Shown in pieces: positions 50,620 through 62,974 of a stretch of 64,000 bases of DNA. The first letter of the stretch is position 1. Each line of letters begins with the position of its first letter. The notes beneath the pieces are model-generated. The model saw nothing but the letters and a program-made list of their open reading frames with translations, was not told the DNA's origin and ran no database searches. The DNA comes from Mobula birostris. Its lineage: Eukaryota. The stretch covers positions 90,362,491 to 90,426,490 of the forward strand of contig NC_092374.1 of the NCBI RefSeq assembly GCF_030028105.1, given 5' to 3'. Made by a program: the position numbers and the translations under genes.

Positions 50620-53600
50620 AGTATGAAAAGGATGATTGATCAACCAAAAAAACAGATCTCTGCATTAATGGAATGGGTGAAAAAACAGCAGGCCAAGAAT
50701 GCCATTAGTCAGAAGCTCTATTTAAATTTGCAAAGTGAAATGAGGCAAATCTGCACAGCATCTGGAGGACCTTCGGTGGGCAGTTTAGCCAACTCAGTGG
50801 GCGGTGTTAATGGTGACGTCAATCATGTTGACAGGCAGCCAACGCTGACGAGCCCTCAGAAACAGTGACACCTTGGGAACTCAAGGAACTGCGAGGTGAT
50901 ACTGACTCAATAGAGACCCCTAGTGGCTCAAGTGATGATGACAGTAATGAGGTAATTGGTCTGGCAGCCATGGCAAGACTTGGCCCAGTAAAAACTAAGA
51001 GAGCGAAAACACGCAGGAATGACGATGGAGAGTATGCAAGGAAAAAGGAGGTTTGTCATCAGCCACCGGATCTAGAAAATAATTGACAAATGGTCCAAGG
51101 AATTTCACATTCCTAAAAAGGGCAGCTTTGAGACTTGGGCTGAACTTCAACAAATTAATAATATATGCAAATTTCATCTATATGATGGCTTTCAAATTTT
51201 TAGTTCCCATGCTAACAACTCAACAATTAAAACAGTTGACACGGTAAGTTGAAGATCGCATTGGAGAGGATAAACAGAATTTACCAGCTGGTTGGGAAGT
51301 AATTAAGGCATTGTTAGAGGTGTAAGCCCCAAGCAAGATTGATTGGAAGAAAGTGGCCAATTACAAACAAAAGCCTTCAGAGGATGTTTCTGAGCGTGAA
51401 AGCTGCTATAGGATAATTTGGTTCAATTACTCAGGGGTCCCAGGAATAAACAAAGATATGTCGAAGAGGCTATATGTGGCCCTCTCAAGTTGACTTTCAT
51501 GGATGGCTTGAAACCAGATGTTGCAAAAATGGTGAAGGTAACAAAAGCAAATTGTTACAATACTTGCTGTTTCCTGCAGTGAACTGGTATAAGCTATTAA
51601 GCAAGTGGAGCGGAATATCAACGTCTGAATAAGATTGATACAGAGGGATCAACGGTCTCCATTTGCTAACCAGCAGAACAAATGGAACTGGATACGTGGT
51701 AGAAGAGGACATTGGGTGAGATCTTCTTGGCATAAGAAATCAACTTCACCACAAGGGCAAAAGCAAGCTCGACCCCCGACCTCAAGGAAACAAAAACGTT
51801 GATTGGATGGCACAACTTCGGGCTACAATTACAGATGTAATGGAGACGTTAAGAGATTTGTAAAAATGACTAGGCCTGGTCCTGCAACTGCAGTGGTAGG
51901 GCAAAAGTCTTATGGCTTATATACACTGCTGTCAGTGGACATGATCATTACGATGATCGTGACTGTGCAAGAACAGTAACATGCCAGTGTGACGACAGAC
52001 CAAGTTATCAGAAGCTTGATGCCGATAAGAGGACAATGGGGGAACATTCAGAAATGTTAATGAGAGACGAGACGGATTAACGAAAAGGAGACACGGTTCT
52101 GAGTATTGTCAGAGACCGGTGGCTTTGAACCCTGAACTGTTTGAAGTTTGATGGACAGGCGATACCCCAGCAGGGGGATAAAAAGGGACAGGTTCGCTAA
52201 GGCAACAGACACACGACACCACGAGGTAACGAGACCCTGGAAGCGGTGTGCCCCCACAAGTTGGTGAGAGTTTTGGAGGTCAGGTTGCGGGACCAGCCAT
52301 AGACGCACAGGGTAGAAAGATACGGTCGGGCGGGAACCCGGTGTGTGTGTCTGCCCTTGCCTGGGTACTGGGTTCACCGCAGAAGAACGATCGTATCTGG
52401 AACGGAGGGGTCACAGTCGGTGACCTCAGAAGACATCACAAAGGGCTCGCCCGAAAGCTAACTGCGAGGAATATCGAAGGTCTGTTTGGAATCCGATTTG
52501 AATATTCATTCGCTTTCGTTCTATCTCCTCCCCGCCCCAACGGCACAACAGCGATTACTGCAAACTGAACTGAACTTTGCGTCACTTGAAACTGATCATT
52601 TACCCCTAGACTGCGATAGAGCTTGATTGATCCTATTATCCTAGTTCTGTGTACATGTGTGTTTTATCATTGCTAAACTGTTGCATTTATATCCTTTTGA
52701 TTAGAGTACTGTGTTGCTTATTTCTTTAATAAAACTTTCTTAGTTCCAGTAATCCAGACTCCAACTAAGTGGTCCATTTCTGCTGGTTTGGCAACCCAGT
52801 TACGGGGTACGTAACACCAGAAAGATGCAAATTATCATAAAGTGTCTTTGCTAAGCCCAGTTCTGATTCTGTACACTGATGGCTCCTCAACTATCAAGGG
52901 AGGAATTCAAATGGCTGGTTAGGCTGTTGTCACTGAAAATAAAGGGATAGCCTCAGGAAACCTGACTCCTGATACCTCTACACCACAGGCTGAACTGAAA
53001 GCTTTAACTGAAACCTGTAAGCTAGCAGAAGGAAGATCAGCTAATATCTACACATATTCTCAATACACTTTCAGAGTTGTTCATGACTTTGGAAATTTTT
53101 GGAGACAGAGGATCTCTTACAGCCGTGGGAGCTCTGATCAACAAATGAACTAGTACAAGAAGTCAGGGAAGTCATGCAACTACTATCTGAAGTTACAGTA
53201 TTAAAATGAAATGGTCACTCTAAAACGGCCACAATGGAAAGCCATGGAAAGATAAAACTACAAAATGGGAAGCGAGAGAAGGAATAAGGAAAATTGAAGA
53301 AATATAAGAAAACCCAATAACGGGAACCAAGGTTAACACTGTGTCACATACGAACATGCAAGATATTCAAGAAACGCAAAATCGGTGTTCAAATGAAGAA
53401 AAGTGGTACTGGATGGAAAATGGTGGGCTATTAAACGATGATGGGGCATGAGATATGGCATTAGTCAGTGACTGGTAGCCCCAACTGAGCTGCCTCCTTA
53501 CCTGGCACAGCAGATACACTCCTTAGCACACATTGGAGTGCAAAAGATGGTCGACAGATACTCCCAACTGTGGTGGAATCCAAAAGTGGTGCAATACAAG

Positions 53601-54260
53601 CTCAACAAAGAGCTGAAAGATGTATGACATGCCAGAAAACAAATACCAGATCAACAGAGAAGGTACCTCAGCTAAGTACTCCTGCCCCACTTGGTCCATT
53701 TCTGCATCTACAAGTGGACTACATTACTTTACCAAAGTGCCAAAGATATTCAGATGCGTTATTATTAGTGGGCAATTTTTCAAGATGGATGGATGCCGTC
53801 CTACTAAGAAAAGCTACTGCCACACACATAGCCAAAAGTCTGTTTAAGGACGATACTCCTCGATGAGGATTGATGTGGCATATCAACTCTGACGAAGGAA
53901 CACATTTCATTGGAAATGTTTGTTAAGAATTACGTTGACTGATGAACATTGAATGGTCTTTTCATTGCTCACATCATCCATAGTCACCAGGACAAGCTGA
54001 AAGAATGAATGGCATCATCAAACAAAGACTGACAAAGTATCACAAGGAAGGCATATTGTGGCCTACAGCTTTTCCTTTGGTTTTATGCAGCATCCGGGCA
54101 ATCCCAAACAAGAAAACAAAACGGAGTCCAGCTGAAGCGGTGACAAGGCGACCTGTGTCACTACCAGGAACTCCCAATCTCAGTCAGGCTGATATACATG
54201 CTATGTAGGATAGTTTCATTGATTCCCACTTATTTCAGTGAGTTCAGGTCCAGAGCCATC
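50620..54260 (+). mobile_element. Endogenous retrovirus remnant (class I, gamma/epsilon-like): gag, RNase H and integrase; protease/RT not found
   Basis: LYTDGSS, QAELKALTETC, ANIYT.SQY, H..AHIG...CMTCQK zinc finger, GPFLHLQVDYI, SDEGTHF, GQAERMNGIIKQRL, SPAEAVTRRP; many stops and frameshifts. Confidence 0.85.
52055..52816. mobile_element. Solo LTR of a different family, within the ERV remnant
   Basis: TGTTA...TAACA termini, internal TATA-like GGATAAAA and AATAAA at ~52728; TSD unclear. Confidence 0.6.
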
Positions 54261-55211
54261 ACTCACTCCTCATAAGGGATGAGCAACATTTGTGGGAAGA
54301 AAGGAATTATCAATGTTTTGGGTCAAAACCCTGCACCTGGGCTGTGATCAAAGAGCCCAGAGCCATCAATCACTCCCCATACGCTAACCCTTTCACTCCT
54401 GCGATCATGCCTGCAAGCCTCCTCTGGAACTTCTCCATTGCCACCATTTGGCCATTTAGACCTCTCAAGGCGGCTCAGCCATTTCCTGCTGATCTGCAGC
54501 TCCTCTTCTGAGCCTGTTCCCCATAAACCTCAATCCCTTGATCTGTCCAAATATTTATCTCTGTTCATTGTCATTATATCGACTGATCCAGCCTTCATCC
54601 TCCCTCAGGGGCAGACATTTCCAGAGGTTCAATGCCCTCTGATAGAAGACCTAATTTTAAAATGATCACCATCTAATCCTGTAGCACTGTCCCCTTGTTC
54701 AAGACTCTTCCACTGTCAACAACTTTCAACATCTACCCTGTCCAGACTGCTGATCAAATTACTTATAAATCGGAAATTCTATTTGTTAGAAAATATAAAT
54801 GAAAGTCCTGTTGGACGCATTAATCAATGTCATTCATTAACTGAATTCAGGGTCAGCCACGAATGGAGTTACATCAATAAACCCGCAACACAGGATGGCA
54901 GTGTTAACAGGCATTGAGACAGGCACACGCACAGGCGGAGATTGAGGGGATCGAGACCACGTGCAAGAGGGGATCACGTTAGATTAGCAGCATAGTCAGC
55001 ACAGACTTTGGGGGCTGGAGAGCCTGTTCCTGTGGGGCCAGGGTTGGGGGAGAGGGGAATGAAGAGGAGGGAGGGAGGAGGAAGGGAGGGAGGAGGAACG
55101 GGAGGGGAAGGGAGGAGAGAGGGATGGGGAGGAAGGAGGAAGGGGAGGAAGGAGGAAGGGGAGGAGAGGAGAGAGGGGAGGAGAGGAGAGAGGGGGAGGA
55201 GAGGAGAGAAG

Positions 55212-55409
55212 NNNNNNNNNNNNNNNNNNNNNNNNNNNNNNNNNNNNNNNNNNNNNNNNNNNNNNNNNNNNNNNNNNNNNNNNNNNNNNNNNNNNNNNNN
55301 NNNNNNNNNNNNNNNNNNNNNNNNNNNNNNNNNNNNNNNNNNNNNNNNNNNNNNNNNNNNNNNNNNNNNNNNNNNNNNNNNNNNNNNNNNNNNNNNNNNN
55401 NNNNNNNNN
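55212..55409. other. Assembly gap (198 N) within a purine-rich (GGA/GAG) low-complexity tract 55040-55460
   Basis: N-run seen directly. Confidence 0.99.
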
Positions 55410-55590
55410 GAAGAGGGGGAACGAGGGAAGGGAGGAGGAGGGGAGGAAGGGAGGAGGAGTGAGGGATTCAGAGTGTGCGGACAGAGTGGGACAGTGAGGT
55501 GGAAGGTAGAAGCAATTTGACGGACCTTCTAGCCGCGCCCGCTACACCAGCCCACCCCCACCCACCTGACACGTTCTGTTCCGGATCCCA

Positions 55591-55664
55591 TCAGCTGAAG
55601 AAGGTTCCAAGAGCCAGGCCAATGAAGAGGAGTATAGTGGGCCCAAACACGGCACCGGCAGCAT
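55591..55664 (-). CDS. B7/BTN-like single-IgV protein, C-terminal hydrophobic exon (D)AAGAVFGPTILLFIGLALGTFFS*
   Basis: Acceptor GTCTCTCGTTGTGCAG|AT in phase 1; stop TGA at 55591-55593; donor TCAG|GTGGGT at 55566. Confidence 0.75.
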
Positions 55665-56495
55665 CTGCACAACGAGAGACAGTCTCACCACCTCGTTCAA
55701 CCTGTCCACAATCCCCCCACCCCAACTGTTTACTCCAATGACGAGGCAACTCTCAACCAACCTGCAGGCAATCCACCCTCCTACCACCTACCCCCAACAG
55801 TAAGGGAGCCAACGAGGTGAAACATGGGGTGAGGACAGAGAGGAGCGTGCAGGATTGAGGGACAGGATGGGGGTTGGGAGAGGGAGGGGCAAGGGGTTAA
55901 AGTTTAGAAAGGAGACGAGAGGGGTTAAAGTTTGGGAAGTCTGTGAAGCAGGATCTGGGATGGGTGGGTGGAGGAGTGGAAGAGGCAGTGGGATGAAGGG
56001 AGAGGGATGAAGGGAGAGGGATGGAGGGAGGAGGGGAGAGGGATGGAGGGAGGAGAGGAGAGGGATGGAGGGAGGAAGGGAGTGTGGAGGGATGAGGGAG
56101 GGAGGGAAGGAAAGAGGGGTGAGGGAAGAGGGGAGATAGAGGAAATGGGAGAGATGGGAAATGGAGGAGTGAAATTGGGGATTGGAGTGGGGGAGACGAG
56201 GAAAATAGGGTGAGGTTCGGGATACCTCTTCCCCTCCTTCACCCGGGTCACCTGGTTGGTAGAACAATGGTTACACTGGGACCTCGTTTCCCCACCACAC
56301 TCTCCATCCCCATCCCCTCCTTTCCTAAACTCTCCGCCACCAACCTTTCCGCTAACCACTCCTCTATACCCCCACCACTTCCCTCACAACCCCCACCCCT
56401 TCCTCACCCCTCCACCCCATCAACTCCCCCGTCCGGCCAACTCCAGGCGCAGCATGAGCTGCTTCCCACGGTCGAAGAGCCACCGAGGGACCCAC

Positions 56496-56843
56496 CAGTG
56501 ACGGTCAGTTTGATGGTGGCACAGGTGTCGAAGGATTGTGGCCGGTCGGTGTTCACCCTGCATTCATAGATTCCAGTGTCATTCACAGTGAGCCCGGTCA
56601 GATTCAGCGAGGGCTCTTTCTTCTCGAACCAGTTGGCAGCCACGGAGGTGCGGTCCGCATACATGCGGTCCTGGTGTTTCTGCTGCTGAGGGTCTGTGTT
56701 GTGCACCACCATGGAGTCCTTCTGCCAGACCGCACGCTGCACCTCAGGCACCACCCCTGTCCAGTTGAACTGGCAGGGCAGTAGGACCCAGGAGCCACTC
56801 ACCGCGTCAATGTCTTCCTTATGCTTGTTGCATTGGATCCTCG
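56496..56843 (-). CDS. B7/butyrophilin-like IgV exon
   Basis: Acceptor TGTCCCGTTCCAG|CG, donor ACT G|GTGGGT, 348 nt, phase 1-1; VLLPCQF, AVWQKD..VVH, Q..YADRT, SLNLTGL..NDTGIYECRV, IKLTV. Confidence 0.87.
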
Positions 56844-56879
56844 CTGGAACGGGACACAGGTACGTCAGTGGAGAGAGTG

Positions 56880-57460
56880 GTACTGGGTCACACTCACACT
56901 GTGTCACACTTGTACACGGAGTCACACTCACACCCAGAGCCACATTCACACCAAAGTTACACTCACATTGTGGCACATTCACACTCAGTTACACTCACGC
57001 AGTGTATAACATTCACACTGCATCATACTCACACCTGGAGTCCACTGGTCACACTCACACTGGTCCATGCACACACTGCATCATACTCACACCCGAAGTC
57101 ACGCTCACACTGGGTCACATACACAGCGCACACTCACAGTGTCACATTCACACTGAGTCACTCGCACCCAGAGTCATACTCACAGTGTCACATTCACACA
57201 AGTGTTACAAACACCCAGAGTCACAATCACACTGCATCATACTCACACCTGAAGTCATGCTCGCACTGGGCCACATACACTGGCCACACTCACACCCTGA
57301 GTCACAATCACACCAGTGTGACACTCACATCCAGAGTCACTCAGTGTCACTATCACACTGTGTCACAATCACACAGGTGTCACACTCACAGCGTCACAGC
57401 CTTACTGTGTCACACTCACACTGGGCTACACATACACAGTGTCACACTCAAACTGTGTCA
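56880..57460. repeat. CA/GT-rich low-complexity intronic repeat
   Basis: Degenerate CACACT/GTCACA units; explains the His/Thr/Ser-rich ORFs at 56696-57650. Confidence 0.9.
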
Positions 57461-59256
57461 CTGTGTCAAGTTCAAAGTAAATTTATTATCAAAGTGCATA
57501 TATGTCACCATACACAACCATGAGATTCATTTTCTTGCAGCAATCTCAATAAATCTATGGAATAATAACCATAATGGAATGACTGCACCAAACTGGGTGT
57601 TCAACCAGCATACAACAGACACCACACTGGGCAAGTACAAAAAGAAATAAATAATAATCATAATAAATAAGCAATAAATATTGCATGGCATTGTTTATGT
57701 TGTCAAAAATTCTATTGTATTTATTTTGTAGCAAATACCTGCAAGAAATGAATCTCAAGGTAGTGTATGGTAACTCTGATAATAGTTTTTATTTTGACTT
57801 CTATCATTTGTGACTCCACCTAAACCAATTCATTTCTCTCTTTCTCACCTCCAACGAAAAGTGCCAAACCCGAAGCATTGACTTTGTCTCTCTCCACGGA
57901 TGCTGCCCGGCTTGCTGAGTATGTCCAGCAGTTGTTTGACGCAGGCAAATGGGACTAACTCAGAGGGCATTGGGGTCGGCATAAACGAATTGGGCTGAAG
58001 GGTCTGTTTCAACAACGTATGATTCTATGATACATCACTCATCTTGATGGACACGGCACAGTGCCAATTAAAAGATGAATCATTTAACTATTAACATTCA
58101 AAATGCTTGCCCCCTTACCTTCTTCTTTTATTCCTCCCTTCCCCCCAACCTTCTGATTCTCCTCTGAGCCTCCCACCTAAGTCTCCTCTCCCAGGCACCC
58201 ATCTGTCATCTTTGTCTCCCTCCCACTCCTGGGTCCATCCAGCTACATCCCACACAGGATCTTCCTTCCCCTTCCCCACCAACAATGGCCATTCTCCTGT
58301 CACTGGATTCTTATCTCCCTCCAGCAGGAGGTGCCACACTCCCCACCTCCCCACTCAATCTGTGTTTTCTCCCTTTAACCTCTCTCTTGCCCTCTTTGCC
58401 CCTTTTTGTCTGCCTCTATCCATCATTCACCCATCAGCGTCCCCCAACTCCACCCACTCTCCTTCTCCCCCACCTAGCACTACCAGGCTGACATCTCACA
58501 ACCCCTCCTCCGTCCACCAATCGCCTCAAAATTCTTTTTCACCTCCTCGTTACAATGGGCCATCATGCCTCTCCATGCCCTGATGCACAGCTTTGACCCA
58601 AAACGTCAATACAGTAATTCTTTTCTTACCACAGGTTCTGCTCAAAACTTGGGGTTAACATATGAGGAGTATTTGATGGCTTCGGGTCTGCACCCGCTGG
58701 AGTTTAGATGATTGAGGGGGGATCTCATTGAAACCTATCAAATATTGAAAGGCCTGGATAGAGTGGATGTAGAGAGAATGGTGGGTGAGCCTAGGGCTAG
58801 TGGCCACAGCCTCTAGAACGTCCCTTTAGAACAGAGATGAGGAGGAATTTATTTAACGAGAGGTGTGAATCTGGAATTCATTGCCATAGACACCTGTGGA
58901 AGCAAAGTCATTGGATACATTCAAGGTGGAGATTGATAGGTTCTTGATTAGTAAGGGTGTCAAAGATTATAGGGTGAAGGCAGGAGAACAGTGTTGAGAG
59001 AAATAAGGAATGAGCTATGATGGAATGGTGGACCAGACTTGTTGGGGCAAGTGGCCTAATTCTGCTCCTTTGCTGGTCTTATGGTCCCACAGCATTTCTC
59101 CAGCAGATTTTTGGTGGCTCGCCTCATTCCCAGTACTCCTGATCTTTGCTACTCCTCTAATATCCAGATATTTGAATGAACCTAAACAGTCTTCATTGAA
59201 CCTAAACAGAGACTTATTCTCCAATGAATTGATCCTTCTATGTTTGAGCAGTGGGG

Positions 59257-60980
59257 TTAGACCATAAGACCATAAGACAAAGGAGCAGAAGTCGGCCATT
59301 CGGCCCATCGAGTCTGCTCCACCATTTTAACATGAGCTGATCCATTCTCCCATTTAGTCCCACTCCCGGCCTTCTCACCATAACTTTCGATGCCCTGGCT
59401 ACTCAGATACCTATCAATCTCTGCCTTAAATACACTCAATGACTTGGCCTCCACTGCTGCCCATGGCAACAAATTCCATAGATTCACCACCCTCTGGCTA
59501 AAAGAATTTCTTCGCATTTCTGTTCTGAATAGGCGCCCATCAATCCTTAAGTCATGCCCTCTCGTACTAGAGTCCCCCATCATGGGAAACAACTTTGCCA
59601 CATCCACTCTGTCCATGCCTTTCAACATTCGAAATGTTTCTATGAGGTCTCCCCTCATTCTTCTAACATCCAAGGAATACAGTCCAAGAGCGGACAAACA
59701 TTCCCCATATGTTAACCCTCTCATTCCTGGAATCATTCTAGTGAATCTTCTCTGTACCCTCTCCAACGTCAGCGCATCCTTTCTTAAATAAGGAGACCAA
59801 AACTGCCCACAGTACTCCAAGTGAGGTCTCACCAGCGCCTTATAGAGCCTCAACATCACATCCCTGCTCCTATACTCTATTCCTCTAGAAATGAATGCCA
59901 ACGTTGCATTCCCCTTCTTCACCACCGACTTAACCTAGAGGTTAACCTTAAGGGTATCCTGCATGAGGACTCCCAAGTCCCGTTGCATCTCAGAACTTTG
60001 AATTCTTTCCCCATCTAAATAATAGTTTGCCCATTTATTTCTTCTGCCAAAGTGCATAACCATACACTTTCCAAAATTGTATTTCATTTGCCACTTCTTT
60101 GCCCATTCTTCCAATCTATCCAAGTCTCTCTGCAGACTTTCTGTTTTCTCAGCACTACCAGCCCCTCCACCTATCTTCGTATCGTCAGCAAACTTAGCCA
60201 CAAAGCCATCTATTCCATAATCCAAATCGTTGATGTACAATGTAAAAGAAGCGGCCCCAACACAGACCCCTGTGGAATACCACTGGTAACCGGCAGCCAA
60301 CCAGAATAGGATCCCTTTATTCCCACTCTGTTTCCTGCCAATCAGCCAACACCCTATCCACGTATGTAACTCTCCTGTAATTCCATGGGCTCTTATCTTG
60401 TTAAGTAGCCTCATGTGTGGCACCTTGTCAAAGGCCTTCTGAAAATCCAAATATACAACATCCACTGCATCTCCCTTGTCTAGCCTACTTGTAATTTCCT
60501 CAAAGTATTGTAATAGGTTTGTCAGGCAGGATTTTCCTTTAAGGAATCCATGCTAAGTTCTGCCTATCTTGTCATATGTCTCCAGGTACTCTGTAACCTC
60601 ATCCTTGACAATCGGCTCCAACAACTTCCCAACCACCAATGTCAAGCTAACAGGTCTATAATTTCCTTTTTGCTTCCTTGCCCCCTTCTTAAATAGTGGA
60701 GTGACATTTGCAATCTTCCAGTCCTCCGGAACCATGCCAGAATCTATCGACTTTTGAAAGATCATCGCTAATGCCTCCGCAATCTCCACAGCTACTTCCT
60801 TCAGAACACGAGGGTGCATTCCATCTGGTCCGGGAGATTTATCTACCTTTAGACTATTCAGCTTCCTGAGTACTTTCTCTGTTGTAATTGTGACTGCGCA
60901 CACTTCTCTTCTCTGCCACCCTTGAGTGTCCGATACACTGCTGATGTCTTCCTCAGTGAAGACTGATGCAAAATACTCCA
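59257..60980 (-). mobile_element. CR1 LINE RT region, 5'-truncated, in intron 2 of the B7-like gene
   Basis: KSPGPDGMHPRVL, LDFQKAFDKVPH, KFADDTKIGG, RPHLEYCGQFW; (GGTCTTAT)n tail at 59257-59280. Confidence 0.93.
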
Positions 60981-61088
60981 AGGATTAGCCTCCAATCTCC
61001 AGAGAGCTTGGGAGTATTGAAGCGTGCCGCAGGTGTGGTAAGGTTGGGGTGTTCTTGTCAGAGGAAAGTGGAGGCGGCAGAGACTTAC

Positions 61089-61152
61089 CCTTTGCAGAGC
61101 TGAATGTGAGTGTCATGAGGAGGAGCAGCAGGAGGACTCTGGGTGCCGCCAT
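61089..61152 (-). CDS. B7/BTN-like gene signal-peptide exon (MAAPRVLLLLLLMTLTFSSAK)
   Basis: GCAATGG Kozak context, hydrophobic core, donor AAG G|GTAAGT in phase 1; the exon starts at acceptor TTTCCTCTGCAG| (61174), implying an upstream non-coding exon. Confidence 0.85.
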
Positions 61153-61719
61153 TGCCGGGAGCACAGGAGCTGACCTGCAGAGGAAATACAAAAGACAATG
61201 GACAACATTGAGAGAGGAGGAGAGTGAGTGAGTGTGGGAGAGGGACTCGAGAGAATAGGAGGAGAAAGAAGAAAAGAGAAAGAGAGAGGGAGGGATGGAG
61301 AGAGGGAAGAGTCAAAGAAACACATAGAAAGAGAGAGGGTACAGAGACACGCAGAGAGAGAAAGGGAGAGAGTGTAATATTGAAAAGTGAAACAAGAGAG
61401 GGTACGCAGATGCAAAGAGAGATAGAGAGAGACAGATGGAGATAAGGTGAGAGACAGAAGAAAAAATGGAAAAAGAAAGAAAAAAGATGGCAAAGACAGA
61501 GTGAGATGGAGAGAAAGATATCAGACAGGGAGTGGGGGAGAGGGGAGAGAGAAATAACAGTATGCATGTTTCCCACTCCCCTCAACTCCACGTCCAAAAC
61601 TCTCAACACATCTTATCCCACTGTCCACACATAATAAATCACACCCTGCAGTCTAATCCCACTTTAATACCCCACCCGGTCTAATCTCCACCCCCCAGAT
61701 AATCTATCCGGGAACCAAC

Positions 61720-62150
61720 ATATTGATGCCATCACGAAGAAGACACACCAACAGCCTCTACTTCATTAGGGGTATGAGGAGATTTGGTATATTACCAAAG
61801 ATGCTTACTAATTTCCTTAGGTGTTTGGTGGAGAGCATTCTGACTGGTTGCATTACTGCTCGGTAGGGAGGGGCCACTGCACAAGGTCACAGGAAGCTGC
61901 AGAGGGTTGGAAACTCAATCAGCTCCACCACGGGCACAATCCTCCCCAGCATCGAGGTCATCTTCAATGGGGAGCCTCAGGAAGGCAGCATCCATCACTA
62001 AGGACAGTCATCATTCGGGACATGCCCTCTTGGCATTGCTACCATAGGGGAAGAGATACAGGAGCCTGCAGACGCACACTCAATAATGAATCATTTAGCA
62101 ACAGCTTCTTCCCCTCTGCCATCAGATTTCTAAACGGCCATTGAATCTAT
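61720..62150 (+). mobile_element. Rex1/L2-like LINE 3' fragment
   Basis: CLVESILTGCIT.., SFSNSFFPSAIRFLNG. Confidence 0.7.
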
Positions 62151-62974
62151 GAACACTTTTCATCACTTCTTACATAATTTTATGTATTGCACTGTACTGC
62201 TGCTGCAAAAACAAAACCAAGTTTTGTGATGTGTGAGTGATGATAAACCTGATTCTGATATGGGTCTCGATTGTGGACTGAGATTGGGAAGGGGGCCAGG
62301 AGAGGGGAATAATGTTTGGGAAAGGGGGAAGGGCAAGGGGAGGGAGCAGGAACCATCAGAGTGACATTCTGTAATAATCAATAAATCAATTATTTGGAGT
62401 CAAAAAGAGTTTGGCTTGTGTCTCACAACATATGCCAATGACATTAAATGTGATTCTGATACTGGGGTAGGAAAGCTCACCAGGAAGGGCGGGCTGAATA
62501 CCGAATAACATGACCCTCTGAGTGTGGGGGGGGGGTCAAAATCCTCCACTAGGAAGCTCCCACCCACCCACATTGAGGACAGGGGGGTCTGTTGACACTG
62601 GGATCTGGAGCAACACACAAAGTGTGGGAGAAATTCCATGAGTCAGATAGCAACTGTGGAGGGAAATGGACAGTCAGCATTTTGGGCTGATACCCCTATC
62701 TGTTCTAGCCCAACCTGTTGTGTTCCTTCAGTGTTTTCACCCTCACTGAGACCATGAGTTCAAGGAGCAGTGTAGGCCGGGGGCCATGGTCGAGTGGTCG
62801 GTGACTTGGGCCGGTTCCCCCACCGAACTTAGTCTGGTGAGGAGGATGTGAGGACACCCAGCAGGACTAAAAAAAAAGACCTGACAAAGGGTGGATGAGC
62901 TCCTTGTGAGCCAATGGCCATCTTCCGTGGAAGAGATTAAAGTCTCACCATGTATCTGCGAATCATATGCTATG

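Noticed and set aside
55008-56360. Gly/Glu/Arg-rich and Pro/Ser-rich ORFs
   Set aside because: Purine-rich low-complexity intron sequence flanking an assembly gap.
56696-57650. Long His/Thr/Ser-rich ORFs (260-275 aa)
   Set aside because: Intronic CA-rich simple repeat, plus the antisense of the IgV exon.
55591-61152. Calling the single-IgV GPI-like gene THY1
   Set aside because: The length and exon layout are similar, but the V domain has the C-strand Trp and B7/BTN-type motifs (WQKD..VVH, YADRT) that Thy-1 lacks; no symbol assigned without a search.
61085-61609. Hydrophobic ORFs upstream of the B7-like leader
   Set aside because: GA/CT-rich intron tract before the acceptor at 61175; only 61089-61152 is supported as coding.
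62743-62960. GC-rich stretch left of the RTE/ZFTRAF1 insert, possibly another captured fragment
   Set aside because: No recognisable protein or repeat motif by eye; it needs a BLAST search before any claim.
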